Shown: piece after piece, positions 54,937 through 55,305 of the stretch | Numbering within the stretch: position 1 is the first letter of the stretch | Layout: each line of letters begins with the position of its first letter | DNA from: Candidatus Amesbacteria bacterium GW2011_GWC1_47_15 | GTDB lineage: Bacteria; Patescibacteriota; Microgenomatia; CAZETR01; Amesbacteraceae | Length of the DNA stretch: 55,305 nt | Reading direction: 5' to 3' | Assembly (NCBI GenBank): GCA_001001375.1 | Contig: LCNU01000003.1 | Span: forward strand, 1 to 55,305 | The notes under the pieces: generated by a model | What the model saw: the letters and a program-made list of their open reading frames with translations, nothing else | Database searches by the model: none | What the model was told of the DNA's origin: nothing | Translations under genes and position numbers: made by a program

Positions 54937-55305
54937 TCAGCGTATGGGAGTAAGGGTAAGTATTTGCGTATCACGTGAATAGGAGTAATGGTAATCGAAC
55001 TTTTTGGAAGAGGACAAAAAGTACGGCAGGGCTTGGTAATCCATTGCATGATTCAGATTAGGTGTAACATCCCAATTGCTTAGCCGGACTTGGCTGACTT
55101 GATTATTAATTACTGATTCCGCGGCGCGGACTATTTTAGCCATGGCTTGTTTTTCAAAATGCACAGAAGGGTGCTTTATGCGGAACAGGATCTTATATAT
55201 CCCTTGAACAGGGTTGAACAATATCAAGAATATAACCAAAGCCCAAAGCCAGCGGCGTCTTTGAAGTAATTCTGCGAAAAACAACAGGATAAATGTAATG
55301 GGGAA
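54937..55305 (-). CDS. C-terminal part of a membrane protein, probably another GT-C (starts beyond the window)
   Basis: Open frame with a terminal TM followed by a soluble tail resembling neighbouring GT-C C-termini; 5' end not visible. Confidence 0.5.
   Translation of the reverse strand, partial: FPITFILLFFAELLQRRRWLWALVIFLILFNPVQGIYKILFRIKHPSVHFEKQAMAKIVRAAESVINNQVSQVRLSNWDVTPNLNHAMDYQALPYFLSSSKKFDYHYSYSRDTQILTLTPIR

Overview
A 55.3-kb, gene-dense chromosomal window. Gene content, absence of SD motifs before many starts and the many GT-C genes suggest a Patescibacteria/CPR (Microgenomates-like) bacterium; this is inference. Left to right: a partial GT4; a Kelch-propeller/lipase fusion with an apparent +1 frameshifted tail; a GT-C; a C39-like peptidase abutting tRNA-Val(CAC); lepB; ileS-rodA and rplU-rpmA-parB; a REP-associated tyrosine transposase (RAYT, Y1-HUH) with three paired AAGGA-N3-TCCTT palindromes (upstream, inside the gene, over its stop); a reduced dcw cluster (mraZ-rsmH-ftsL-ftsI-dgkA-mraY-ftsW-murG-ftsQ-ftsA-ftsZ) with no Mur ligases and a MraY lacking several catalytic residues; glyS and recO; and a ~30-kb surface-glycan locus (DUF4012, priming PGT, ManC, many GT2/GT4, five or more GT-C, an O-antigen ligase-like protein, two flippases, methyl/acetyltransferases, an FAD oxidoreductase, a short UDP-sugar dehydrogenase). 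Most notable: the RAYT/palindrome unit, the GVHH-motif IleRS2, the degenerate MraY next to DgkA, short periodic or palindromic repeats embedded in frame in proteins, and widespread apparently leaderless promoters. No CRISPR array, rRNA, integrase or reverse transcriptase was seen.
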